64,000 nt of DNA, taken from Desulfosoma sp. Its GTDB lineage: Bacteria; Desulfobacterota; Syntrophobacteria; Syntrophobacterales; DSM-9756. The translations under genes and the position numbers were made by a program. Under the pieces are notes generated by a model that saw nothing but the letters and a program-made list of their open reading frames with translations, made no database searches and had not been told where the DNA came from. Below, piece after piece: positions 27,634 through 37,232 of the stretch. Every line of letters starts with the position of its first letter. Positions within the stretch are counted from its first letter, which is position 1. The DNA lies in assembly GCA_037481835.1 (NCBI GenBank), contig JBBFKW010000006.1, positions 128,001-192,000 of the forward strand. The letters are read 5' to 3'.

Positions 27634-28998
27634 TTACCCGAACAGGCGTTTGACGGCTTCGGCGACTGAACGCACCCCGAGGCATACCCCTTGGGGATCG
27701 CAGGCGGCCAGCTGTTCCTGATTGCCGCGGGGACAAACCACGGTTCGAAACCCCAAGGAGACCGCCTCGGCGAGACGCCTCGCCGCGTGCCCCACGCCGC
27801 GCACTTCCCCCGACAGGCCCACTTCCCCCCAGGCCACGAGATCCTCGGGCAAGGGGGCATCCATGGCGGACCCGGCCACGGCCAGAACCACCGCAAGATC
27901 CGCGGCGGTTTCGGTGAGTTTCACACCGCCCGCCACGTTGACAAAGACGTCCTGCTGGAGAAAACTGAATCCCGCCTTTTTTTCCAGCACGGCCAGGAGC
28001 AAGGACACGCGGTTGGCATCCACGCCCATGAAGGTGCGTCGCGGCTGCGCCCAGCCGCTGGACGACACCAGAGCCTGCACTTCCACCAGAATGGGCCGCG
28101 TGCCTTCCATGGCGCAGACGACCACGGACCCGGAAACCCCTTTGGGCCGTTCGGCCAGGAGGAACCGGGACGGGTTGGGCACCTGCTCCAAACCCGTTTC
28201 CTTCATTTCGAAGACACCGATTTCGTTGGTGGATCCGAACCGGTTCTTGACCGCTCGAAGGAGCCGGAACGTGTGGCTGCGGTCCCCTTCCAGGTACAGG
28301 ACCGCATCCACCAAGTGTTCCAGGACGCGCGGCCCGGCCACGATCCCCTCCTTGGTCACGTGGCCCACGAGGAAGACCCCGATGTTTTTCTCCTTGGCCA
28401 GACGCTGCAGCCACGCCGCCGATTCCCTCACCTGGGATACGGACCCCGGGGCGCTTTCCAAAAGATCCAGGCGCATGGTCTGGATGGAATCCACGGCCAG
28501 GACGGCCGGAGGCCGTTTCTGCACCAGGGACTCCAGGGCGTCCAGGTTCGTTTCGGCAAGCACCCAGAGATCGTCGGTGCGTTCCAGGCCCAGGCGCTGG
28601 GCGCGGAGCTTGATCTGGGCGAGGCTTTCTTCGCCGGAGACGTAGAGCACGGGGCCGAGCCGGGCCATGCGGCCCAGGGCCTGCAGGAGCAAGGTGGACT
28701 TGCCGATCCCGGGATCTCCGGCAAGGAGAATGAGGGATCCCGGCACCAGGCCTCCTCCCAAAACCCGGTCCCATTCGTCCAGGCCTGATTTGAGGCGCAT
28801 TTCGCCGGTCACGGGCATGTCGAAAAGGCGAACCGGTTCGGCGCATGGAGCACGACCCTTGGCGGAAGAACCCGCGGGGGCGGCTTTGACGGCTTCCTGG
28901 AGCGTGTTCCAGGCCTGGCAGCCGGGACAGCGCCCGAGCCACTTGGGAGTTTCGTAGCCGCATTCCACGCATTGGAAAATCGTTTTATCTTTAACCAT
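27634..28998 (-). CDS. radA: DNA repair protein RadA/Sms
   Basis: C4 zinc finger, GDPGIGKST, KNRFG, Lon-like C-terminus. Confidence 0.96.
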   Translation of the reverse strand: MVKDKTIFQCVECGYETPKWLGRCPGCQAWNTLQEAVKAAPAGSSAKGRAPCAEPVRLFDMPVTGEMRLKSGLDEWDRVLGGGLVPGSLILLAGDPGIGKSTLLLQALGRMARLGPVLYVSGEESLAQIKLRAQRLGLERTDDLWVLAETNLDALESLVQKRPPAVLAVDSIQTMRLDLLESAPGSVSQVRESAAWLQRLAKEKNIGVFLVGHVTKEGIVAGPRVLEHLVDAVLYLEGDRSHTFRLLRAVKNRFGSTNEIGVFEMKETGLEQVPNPSRFLLAERPKGVSGSVVVCAMEGTRPILVEVQALVSSSGWAQPRRTFMGVDANRVSLLLAVLEKKAGFSFLQQDVFVNVAGGVKLTETAADLAVVLAVAGSAMDAPLPEDLVAWGEVGLSGEVRGVGHAARRLAEAVSLGFRTVVCPRGNQEQLAACDPQGVCLGVRSVAEAVKRLFG

Positions 28999-29161
28999 AA
29001 CGAGAAACTCCCGTGACGCCGGCTGAGAAAAAACGGGCGAGCGGCCCCTTTCCGCTTAGGACTACTCCGGGACGGCGGTGATTTTCAAGTGGACAAAGGG
29101 CGCCGAGGTCGCTAGGGTCACTTTGATAGGGAAGGCAATGGGGAGCCGGGCTTGGCTGACG

Positions 29162-29190
29162 TTGACAAAAAAAGCGGGGTGGTTTATAGT
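29162..29190 (+). promoter_or_regulatory. Sigma70-type promoter of trxA
   Basis: TTGACA (29162) - 17 bp - TATAGT (29185), about 90 bp upstream of trxA. Confidence 0.75.
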
Positions 29191-29282
29191 CCCCGCATTG
29201 TGAACGACGCGGCACAGTATGGAAAAAACCCGGAGACGGCCCCATCGGACCGCTGGCACAATTTCCAGGGAGGCGTGCACAC

Positions 29283-29615
29283 ATGGCTGGAAAGAACATC
29301 ATTGAAATCAGCGACAACAGTTTCGAACAGGAAGTGCTCCAATCCAGCATTCCGGTTCTTGTGGATTTCTGGGCGCCGTGGTGCGGTCCGTGTCGCGCCA
29401 TCGCTCCGGTCATCGATGAACTGTCCGTGGAATACGCGGGAAAGCTCAAAGTGGCCAAGTGCAACGTGGATGAAAATCCCAACACGCCCGCACGGTTCGG
29501 CATTCGGGCCATCCCGACCCTGATCATTTTCAAGAACGGCAACGTCACGGAACAGATCACGGGCGCCGTCGCCAAATCCCAGATCGCCGCCGCGGTGGAC
29601 AAGGTGGTCGCCTAA
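29283..29615 (+). CDS. trxA: Thioredoxin
   Basis: WCGPC active site; GGAGG RBS. Confidence 0.96.
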   Translation: MAGKNIIEISDNSFEQEVLQSSIPVLVDFWAPWCGPCRAIAPVIDELSVEYAGKLKVAKCNVDENPNTPARFGIRAIPTLIIFKNGNVTEQITGAVAKSQIAAAVDKVVA

Positions 29616-29698
29616 TTCTCCCTCTTCCCACAACCCAGACCGCCATGGACCTTTTTCCCGGTCCATGAACGCTCTTCACGGATGCGTGCCCATTTCCC

Positions 29699-30640
29699 AT
29701 GACAACGCCTGAACCGTACGACATGGTGATCGTGGGCGGGGGGCCGGCCGGATTGACGGCCGCCCTATACGCCTGTCGCGCCCGTTACAAAACCCTCCTG
29801 GTGGAACGGATCGGCTTGGGCGGCCAGCTCCTCACCTACGAAAAGGTGGACAACTACCCGGGTTTCCCGGAAGGGATCACCACGTTCGAACTGACGGAAC
29901 TCTTCAAAGCCCAGGCGGTGCGCTTCGGCATGGAACATCGCAGCGCCGAAGTCACGTCCATGGACGTCTCGGGCCCCGTCAAGGTCTTGCACACGGCCGA
30001 CGGCCCGATCCGGGCCAAGGCGGTGGTCATCGCCACGGGCTGCGCGCCGAGAAAACTCCAGGTCAAGGGCGAAGCCGAATTCACCGGCCGGGGGGTTTCC
30101 TACTGCGCCGTGTGCGACGGGCCCTTTTACCGCAATGAATCCGTGGCCGTCGTGGGCGGAGGGGACACGGCGGTGGAAGAAGCCGTCTACCTCACCAAGT
30201 TCGCCTCCCAGGTCCACATCATCCACCGCCGGGACGCCCTGCGGGCCGTCAAAGTCATCCAGGAAGAAGCTTTCGCCAATCCCAAGATCACCGTCCACTG
30301 GAACCGGGTCGTCACCGAAATCCACGGCGGCCCCCAAGGCGTGACGGACTTGGCCCTCCAGGATACTCTGACCGGCGACGTTTCCCGACTCGAAGTGTCC
30401 GGCGTTTTCATCTTCGTCGGCCTGATTCCCAACACCCATTGGCTTCCCGAAGCCGTCCGACGCGATCCCCTGGGATTTGTCATCACCGATGACGATATGG
30501 CCACGTCGGTTCCCGGGGTGTTCGCCGCAGGAGACGTGCGGGCCAAGACCCTCCGCCAGATCGTCACCGCCGTCGGCGACGGCGCCACGGCCGCCTTCAA
30601 CGCCGGGCGTTACATCGAATCCCCGGCCCACCACGGATAA
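29699..30640 (+). CDS. trxB: Thioredoxin-disulfide reductase
   Basis: GGGPAG, CAVCDG, GGGDTA, AAGD. Confidence 0.95.
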   Translation: MTTPEPYDMVIVGGGPAGLTAALYACRARYKTLLVERIGLGGQLLTYEKVDNYPGFPEGITTFELTELFKAQAVRFGMEHRSAEVTSMDVSGPVKVLHTADGPIRAKAVVIATGCAPRKLQVKGEAEFTGRGVSYCAVCDGPFYRNESVAVVGGGDTAVEEAVYLTKFASQVHIIHRRDALRAVKVIQEEAFANPKITVHWNRVVTEIHGGPQGVTDLALQDTLTGDVSRLEVSGVFIFVGLIPNTHWLPEAVRRDPLGFVITDDDMATSVPGVFAAGDVRAKTLRQIVTAVGDGATAAFNAGRYIESPAHHG

Positions 30641-30675
30641 GGGACCTTGGATCCATCGGTCATGGAGTCCCCCCC

Positions 30676-31443
30676 ATGAAAGAGACAGCGCAGACGTCAC
30701 GACCAGAACGCATGGCGCGCTTCCTGGCGGCCCTTGCGCTCTGCACGGTGCTTCTCACCGGCTGCGGCACGAACCTTCTCAACTATTACTTCGACGACCT
30801 GTTCGATTCCGGGGATTCCATCGAGCGCACCCCGGAACAGCTGGCGTGGGAAGGCATGGAAGCCATGCGCGCCAAGAAGTACGGCAAGGCCTTGGAATCG
30901 TTCCAGAAGCTCAAAGAACGCTACCCCTACAGCAAGTACGCCATCCTGGCGGAACTCAAGATCGGGGACGCCCATTTTTACAAGAAAAACTACGAGGAAG
31001 CCGCTCTGGCCTACGAGGAATTCGCGCGGCTTCACCCCCGCAACGAAGTCATCCCGTACGTGCTGTACCAGTTGGGCATGAGCCAGTATCTCATCTCGCC
31101 GTCCGTGGACCGGGACCAGGACCAGACCCGCAAGGCCATGGAAACCTTCCGGCGGCTTATGGAGCTCTACCCCGGCACGGAATACGCCTCCAAGGCCAAA
31201 GTCCAGATCCTGGAATGCGAAAAGCGCATTGCGGCCCATGAATTCCGCATCGCCCGCATGCATTACCGCATGGGCAAGTACCGGGCCGCGGAGCTGCGCC
31301 TGACGCGGCTTCAGGAAGACTACCCGCAGGCGGTGGAAAAACTGGGCTTTCAGAAGGACATCGAAAAGATGCTCGCCGACTGTCGTGAATGCCTCAACCG
31401 TCAAGGGGACGGCAAGAGCATTTGGACTCGGCTGGGATTCTAA
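30676..31443 (+). CDS. bamD: Outer-membrane assembly lipoprotein BamD
   Basis: Lipobox LTGC, TPR helices, DRDQ motif, AAHE..IA..Y. Confidence 0.88.
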   Translation: MKETAQTSRPERMARFLAALALCTVLLTGCGTNLLNYYFDDLFDSGDSIERTPEQLAWEGMEAMRAKKYGKALESFQKLKERYPYSKYAILAELKIGDAHFYKKNYEEAALAYEEFARLHPRNEVIPYVLYQLGMSQYLISPSVDRDQDQTRKAMETFRRLMELYPGTEYASKAKVQILECEKRIAAHEFRIARMHYRMGKYRAAELRLTRLQEDYPQAVEKLGFQKDIEKMLADCRECLNRQGDGKSIWTRLGF

Positions 31444-31466
31444 CGGCGGGATAAAGGGAAGGAGTC

Positions 31467-32783
31467 ATGATCGAAAACAACCACAACAACACGGCGAGCG
31501 CGGCAGCGAAGAAAGAAGTGCCCACCCACCGCGAAATGAACCTGGTGGAACTCAAGAGGCGCAACATCAAGGAACTGGTGGCTTTGGCGCGGGCCCTGCA
31601 AATCGAAGGGGCCACGTCCATGCGAAAGCAGGACCTGATCTTCGCCATCCTCCAGGCCCAGGCGGAAATGAGCGGCCTCATCTACGGCGAGGGCGTCCTG
31701 GAAATTCTTCCGGACGGCTTCGGATTCCTGCGCACCCAGGACTACAATTACCTGCCCGGGCCGGACGACATCTACGTGAGTCCGTCTCAGATCCGGCGGT
31801 TCAACCTGCGCACGGGCGATACCATTTCGGGCCAGATCCGTCCGCCCAAGGACAACGAACGCTACTTCGCCCTCCTCAAGGTCGAAGCGGTCAACTTCGA
31901 AGAACCCGAAGTGGCCAAGGACAAGATCCTCTTCGACAACCTCACGCCCATCTACCCCGATCGGCGCATTAACCTGGAAACCACGCCGGACAACTATTCC
32001 ACGCGGGTCATGGATCTGCTCACCCCCGTCGGCTTCGGCCAACGCGGCCTCATCGTGGCCCCGCCCCGCACCGGCAAGACCATGCTTTTGCAAAACATCG
32101 CCAACGCCATCGCCAAGAACCACCGGGACGCCTACCTCATCGTCCTCCTCATCGATGAGCGCCCGGAAGAAGTCACCGACATGGAACGCAACGTCCGGGC
32201 CGAAGTGGTCAGTTCCACCTTCGACGAACCGGCCCAGCGCCACGTGCAGGTGGCGGAAATGGTCATCGAAAAGGCCAAGCGCCTCGTGGAACACCGCCGC
32301 GACGTGGTGATCCTCCTGGACAGCATCACGCGCCTCGCCCGAGCCTACAACACGGTGGTGCCCCCCAGCGGCAAGATCCTCTCCGGAGGCTTGGATTCCA
32401 ACGCGCTCCATCGCCCGAAACGCTTTTTCGGCGCGGCCCGAAACATCGAACAAGGCGGCAGCTTGACCATCATCGCCACGGCCCTCATCGATACGGGAAG
32501 CCGCATGGATGAAGTGATTTTCGAAGAATTCAAGGGCACGGGCAACATGGAAATCCACCTGGATCGAAAGCTCGCCGATCGACGCATCTTCCCGGCCATC
32601 GACATCAACAAGTCCGGCACCCGAAAAGAAGAGCTGCTCCTGCCGCCCGAAGATCTAAATCGCATCTGGATCCTCAGAAAACTCCTCTCGCCTCTGAACC
32701 CCGTGGACGCCATGGAATTCCTCCTGGACAAGATGCAGGGAACCAAGGACAACGCCGACTTCCTGGCTTCCATGAACCGCTAA
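31467..32783 (+). CDS. rho: Transcription termination factor Rho
   Basis: [36 protein letters not shown]. Confidence 0.97.
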   Translation: MIENNHNNTASAAAKKEVPTHREMNLVELKRRNIKELVALARALQIEGATSMRKQDLIFAILQAQAEMSGLIYGEGVLEILPDGFGFLRTQDYNYLPGPDDIYVSPSQIRRFNLRTGDTISGQIRPPKDNERYFALLKVEAVNFEEPEVAKDKILFDNLTPIYPDRRINLETTPDNYSTRVMDLLTPVGFGQRGLIVAPPRTGKTMLLQNIANAIAKNHRDAYLIVLLIDERPEEVTDMERNVRAEVVSSTFDEPAQRHVQVAEMVIEKAKRLVEHRRDVVILLDSITRLARAYNTVVPPSGKILSGGLDSNALHRPKRFFGAARNIEQGGSLTIIATALIDTGSRMDEVIFEEFKGTGNMEIHLDRKLADRRIFPAIDINKSGTRKEELLLPPEDLNRIWILRKLLSPLNPVDAMEFLLDKMQGTKDNADFLASMNR

Positions 32784-32790
32784 AAAGGGC

Positions 32791-32818
32791 TTGAATCGCA
32801 CCGCCTTGTGGGTATACT
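32791..32818 (+). promoter_or_regulatory. Putative sigma70 promoter of rpmE
   Basis: TTGAAT - 16 bp - TATACT upstream of rpmE. Confidence 0.55.
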
Positions 32819-32856
32819 TAGGGGCTCTTGAAAGAAGAACCCATACGGAGGCGACG

Positions 32857-33090
32857 ATGAAAAAGGACATTCACCCGCAGTACTTCCAGACGGTCATCCG
32901 CTGCGCGTGCGGCAACGAAATCCAGACGGGTTCCACGAAAAAAGACATCCGCGTGGAAATCTGTTCCAAGTGCCATCCGTTCTTTACGGGAAAGCAAAAA
33001 CTTGTGGACACCGGCGGGCGCATCGAACGGTTCATGAAAAAGTACGAGCAGTATCACAAGAACCAAGAAAAAGCCGAAGAAAACCGTTAG
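32857..33090 (+). CDS. rpmE: 50S ribosomal protein L31 (Zn-binding type)
   Basis: [27 protein letters not shown]. Confidence 0.96.
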   Translation: MKKDIHPQYFQTVIRCACGNEIQTGSTKKDIRVEICSKCHPFFTGKQKLVDTGGRIERFMKKYEQYHKNQEKAEENR

Positions 33091-33190
33091 ACCCCGTCGC
33101 CCGGATCCTCCCCCTTTGGGGTGCCGCACCCCAGGGAAATGCAAGAGTGTCCGGGTTTTTTGTGTCCTGTGAAAGGGACGAAGGACCGCC

Positions 33191-34258
33191 ATGTTTGAAC
33201 GATTGGCCGGGCTGGAAGAGCGTTACGCCGAATTGGAAAAGCTTTTGAGCGACCCCGAGCTGCTGAGTCAGCCCAAGGAGTACCAGAAGGTCGCCAAGGA
33301 ACATGCCGACTTGAGCCCCCTGGTGGAGACGCTGCGGCGTTACCGCAAGGCCCGGGAGGAGATGGAAGCCAACCAGGACCTGCTGCGCAAGGAAGACGAC
33401 CCGGAAATGCGCGAGCTCATCCGGGAAGACCTGAACCGGCTGCGCGAAGAACTGGAAAAGACCGAAGCCGAGCTGAAGCGCATGCTCGTGCCCAAGGATC
33501 CCAACGATGAACGAAACGTCATCCTGGAAATCCGAGCGGGCACGGGCGGTGAGGAAGCGGCCCTTTTCGCCGCCGATCTTTTCAGGATGTATTCGCGCTA
33601 CGCCGAAAACCGCGGCTGGAAGGTGGAACTCCTGGACGTGCATCCCACAGGGATCGGCGGGTTCAAGGAAGTGATCGCCGCCATCAACGGCGCGGGGGCC
33701 TTCAGCCGGCTGAAATTCGAACGGGGAGTCCACCGGGTGCAGCGCGTGCCGGAAACGGAGAGCCAGGGACGCATCCACACGTCGGCCGTAACCGTGGCCG
33801 TGCTCCCCGAAGCCGAAGAAGTGGACGTGGACATCGACCCCAACGATCTTCGCGTGGACGTCTTCCGCTCCTCGGGCCCTGGAGGCCAAAGCGTCAACAC
33901 GACGGATTCGGCCGTGCGCATCACCCACATCCCCACAGGGCTTGTGGTCATCTGCCAGGACGAGAAATCCCAGCACAAGAACAAGGCCAAGGCCATGAAG
34001 GTGCTCCGGGCCCGGCTGCTGGACATGATGCGTTCGGAACAGGAAGCCAAGATCGCCCAGGAACGCAAGAGCCAGGTGGGATCGGGCGACCGCAGCGAAC
34101 GGATCCGCACCTACAACTTCCCCCAAAACCGCGTCACCGACCACCGCATCAACCTCACGCTCTACAAGCTGGAAGAAGTCATGCAAGGGGCCCTGGACGA
34201 TATCATCGACCCGCTCATCGCCGCCGCCCAGGCCGAAGCGTTGCAGGAAGGGACGTAA
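33191..34258 (+). CDS. prfA: Peptide chain release factor 1
   Basis: PET anticodon-mimic motif (VPETES), [14 protein letters not shown]. Confidence 0.96.
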   Translation: MFERLAGLEERYAELEKLLSDPELLSQPKEYQKVAKEHADLSPLVETLRRYRKAREEMEANQDLLRKEDDPEMRELIREDLNRLREELEKTEAELKRMLVPKDPNDERNVILEIRAGTGGEEAALFAADLFRMYSRYAENRGWKVELLDVHPTGIGGFKEVIAAINGAGAFSRLKFERGVHRVQRVPETESQGRIHTSAVTVAVLPEAEEVDVDIDPNDLRVDVFRSSGPGGQSVNTTDSAVRITHIPTGLVVICQDEKSQHKNKAKAMKVLRARLLDMMRSEQEAKIAQERKSQVGSGDRSERIRTYNFPQNRVTDHRINLTLYKLEEVMQGALDDIIDPLIAAAQAEALQEGT

Positions 34259-34652
34259 TTGCGTTATTTCGTAATTGCGTTATTGCGTAATTGGGTCATT
34301 AGGGCATTGGGGCATTGCGTGATGGAGTCTTCGTTGGGAGACCGCGATGGGTGACCGCGTTCGTGATTTTGTCGGCACTCGCTGCGCTCACCCCAACCGA
34401 CATCTCGCCGGCCCCCATCCTTGGAAAAACTCGTAGGTTGGGGTGAGCGAAGCGAACCCCAACGCCCATCGCGCTCGGCCAAGACAACGAACCACGGTGT
34501 CCGGCCTTGCCAGGCTCTCAACGCGACTTACGTGGGCAATGAGCCATTGTCGGACAAGCTCCCAAACCATTGCGCAACTGCGTAATTGGGGCATTAAGTC
34601 ATTAGGTCATTAGGTCATTAGGTCACTAGGTCACTAGGTCATTAGGTCATTA
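34256..34652. repeat. 8-bp tandem repeats (TAATTGCG / GGTCATTA) interleaved with an inverted pair of GTAG-type REPs
   Basis: Octamer runs at about 34256-34320 and 34580-34652; REP copies at 34371-34402 and 34432-34463. Confidence 0.8.
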
Positions 34653-34773
34653 GGAGCGTGTCCGAGAATGGCATATTCCTGGGAGCGCGGGCGTCTCGCC
34701 CGCCCTACAAGCGGCCCGGAGGCCCGCACTCCCAGGGAAAACATCGTCATTTTTCATTGTCGGACAAGCTCCT
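34652..34773. mobile_element. Putative MITE (about 120 bp) with terminal inverted repeats and an internal palindrome
   Basis: AGGAGCGTGTCCGAGAATG (34652-34670) pairs with CATTGTCGGACAAGCTCCT (34755-34773) with 2 mismatches; internal IR 34678-34736; extra right-end copy at 34545-34562. Confidence 0.5.
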
Positions 34774-34894
34774 GGGGCATTTGGTCATTGGGCATGAGGT
34801 TACTGGGTTGTTGGGTCAGGGGGTTGGGCGGCTCGGGGACCCGCTGCTCGTTTCTCCCTCCGGCACCCTCGAATCAGTCTTTCGGCTTTTATCC

Positions 34895-35770
34895 ATGGAA
34901 GAAACCTGGACCATCCTCAAGGTCCTGCAGTGGACCACCGACTACTTCCGGCGCAAGGGCCTGGATCAACCCCGCTCGGACGCCGAAGTCCTCCTCGCCC
35001 ACGCCTTGAACCTTCGCCGTGTGGATTTGTACCTTCGCTACGATCAGCCGCTTCGGCCCGATGAACTCGCTCGCTACCGCGCCCTGATCCAGCGCCGGGC
35101 GGCGCGGGAACCCACTCAGTACATCACCGGCCGTCAGGAATTTTGGTCCCTGGAACTGGAGGTCTCCCCGGCGGTGCTCATCCCCCGGCCGGAAACGGAA
35201 CGGCTCGTGGAACTGGCCCTGGAAGCCTTCTCCGACGAACCTCTGCGCGCCCTCGATCTGGGCACGGGATCGGGAGCCATCGCCGTCGCCCTGGCCACCG
35301 AACGCTCCCACTGGTCGATCATCGCATGTGATATCTCCTGGGACGCTTTGATGACGGCGCGGCGAAACGCCGTCCGCCACGGCGTGAACTCTCGCATCGC
35401 TTTCGTGCTTTCGGACCTCACCGCGGCCTTCCGGCCGGATCCGCCGCCCTTTTCGCTCATCTGCGCCAACCCCCCCTACATCGGCGATGCCCAATGGGCC
35501 GCGCTGGCACCGGAAGTGGCCCGATATGAGCCTTCGCACGCCCTTAGGGGCGGAGGTCCCGACGGCACGGCGATTCCCATCCGGCTTCTTCGCCTGGCCT
35601 TCCCGCTCCTTCGACCCGGCGGGATCCTTTTCATGGAATTCGGCAAGGGCCAGGAACGGACCCTGCCAGCCGCGGCCCGTGAACTCCCCGGTGTGGACAG
35701 CGTGGAGGTCTTAAGGGATTATTCGGATATTCCCCGAATTCTTAAGGTCATTAGGTCATTGGGTCATTAG
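34895..35770 (+). CDS. prmC: Release factor glutamine methyltransferase
   Basis: VLIPRPETE, DLGTGSGAI, NPPY; follows prfA. Confidence 0.94.
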   Translation: MEETWTILKVLQWTTDYFRRKGLDQPRSDAEVLLAHALNLRRVDLYLRYDQPLRPDELARYRALIQRRAAREPTQYITGRQEFWSLELEVSPAVLIPRPETERLVELALEAFSDEPLRALDLGTGSGAIAVALATERSHWSIIACDISWDALMTARRNAVRHGVNSRIAFVLSDLTAAFRPDPPPFSLICANPPYIGDAQWAALAPEVARYEPSHALRGGGPDGTAIPIRLLRLAFPLLRPGGILFMEFGKGQERTLPAAARELPGVDSVEVLRDYSDIPRILKVIRSLGH

Positions 35771-35816
35771 GGCATTGGGGTGGGGTGGGAAGAATGACCT
35801 AATGACCTAATGACCC
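35746..35816. repeat. Inverted arrays of GGTCATTA/TAATGACC octamers spanning the prmC stop
   Basis: GGTCATTAGGTCATTGGGTCATTAG ... AATGACCTAATGACCTAATGACC. Confidence 0.75.
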
Positions 35817-35839
35817 AGCAACTGGAAAGGTAAACATTC

Positions 35840-37093
35840 ATGGACAAACTGGTCATTGAAGGGGGCGTTCCCCTGCACGGCGACATCCCCATCAGCGGGG
35901 CCAAGAATTCGGCCTTGCCCCTCATGGCCGCTTCGTTGCTCGCCCCGGGCCGCCACACCCTCACCAACGTTCCGCGCCTTCGCGATATCCGCACCATGGA
36001 ACGCCTGCTCCAACACATGGGCGCCCGGACGGATCACCAAGATACGCTCATGCTCGACACGTCCCACATCAGCCGCCCTGAAGCCCCATATGATCTCGTC
36101 AAGACCATGCGCGCTTCGGTCCTGGTCCTCGGCCCGTTGGCCGCCCGTTACGGTCGCGCCCGCGTATCCCTTCCCGGAGGGTGCGCCATCGGAGCCCGCC
36201 CCATCAATCTGCATCTTCGCGGGCTGGAAGCCATGGGCGCGCGCATCGACCTTGAAGGCGGCTACGTGCACGTGCACTGCGACCGACTTCGAGGCACCGA
36301 GTTCACCTTTGACCAGGTGACGGTCACGGGGACGGAAAACCTCATGATGGCCGCCTGCCTCGCCGACGGGGAAACGGTTCTGGAAAACGCCGCCCGCGAA
36401 CCGGAAGTGGTGGACCTGGCCGATTACCTTAAAGCCATGGGCGCCCGGATCGACGGCGTCGGCACGGCCATTGTCCGGATCCAGGGTGTGGAAAACCTTC
36501 GGCCGGGGTCGCACCGGGTCATTCCGGATCGCATCGAAACAGGCACGTACCTCGTCGCCGCGGGGATCACCGGAGGCCGCCTGCGCCTCACGGGGTGCCG
36601 TCCCGACCATGTGGATGCCGTCATTCGAAAACTGCGTGCGGCGGGAATGATCGTGACCGAAGACGGCGAAACCCTCATGGCGGAAGCCCCCGACGGACCT
36701 CTTCGCAGCGTGGACGTCACCACATGGCCCTATCCCGGTTTTCCCACGGACATGCAGGCCCAGTTCATGGCCCTCATGACCCTCGGTGACGGGGTCAGTG
36801 TCATCAAGGAACAAATTTTCGAAAACCGCTTCATGCACGTGAGCGAATTGCGGCGGCTTGGGGCGGACATCGTCCTGGACGGCCGAAGCGCCGTGGTGCG
36901 GGGCGTGCCGTTTCTTTCCGGAGCCCCGGTCATGGCCACCGATCTTCGCGCGTCGGCTTCCTTGGTGCTGGCAGGCCTGGCCGCCCGGGGCCGAACGGAT
37001 GTGAGCCGCATCTATCACTTGGAACGCGGCTATGAAAATTTGGACCGAAAACTGCAGGCCGTCGGCGCCCGCATCCGGCGGGAAAAGGAATGA
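35840..37093 (+). CDS. murA: UDP-N-acetylglucosamine 1-carboxyvinyltransferase
   Basis: [35 protein letters not shown]. Confidence 0.96.
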   Translation: MDKLVIEGGVPLHGDIPISGAKNSALPLMAASLLAPGRHTLTNVPRLRDIRTMERLLQHMGARTDHQDTLMLDTSHISRPEAPYDLVKTMRASVLVLGPLAARYGRARVSLPGGCAIGARPINLHLRGLEAMGARIDLEGGYVHVHCDRLRGTEFTFDQVTVTGTENLMMAACLADGETVLENAAREPEVVDLADYLKAMGARIDGVGTAIVRIQGVENLRPGSHRVIPDRIETGTYLVAAGITGGRLRLTGCRPDHVDAVIRKLRAAGMIVTEDGETLMAEAPDGPLRSVDVTTWPYPGFPTDMQAQFMALMTLGDGVSVIKEQIFENRFMHVSELRRLGADIVLDGRSAVVRGVPFLSGAPVMATDLRASASLVLAGLAARGRTDVSRIYHLERGYENLDRKLQAVGARIRREKE

Positions 37094-37232
37094 CGGGAAC
37101 CCCCGAAAGCCTTGTTCGGGCCCGGCCGCGGGCGGCGTTCCCGGGAGTCCGGGAAAAGAGCCGTCGCCGGGGAGACAATGCGAGGCCGGGGCACCCGCCG
37201 GCCCGGGAGGAAATCCGCCCCCGCCCCGGGCC

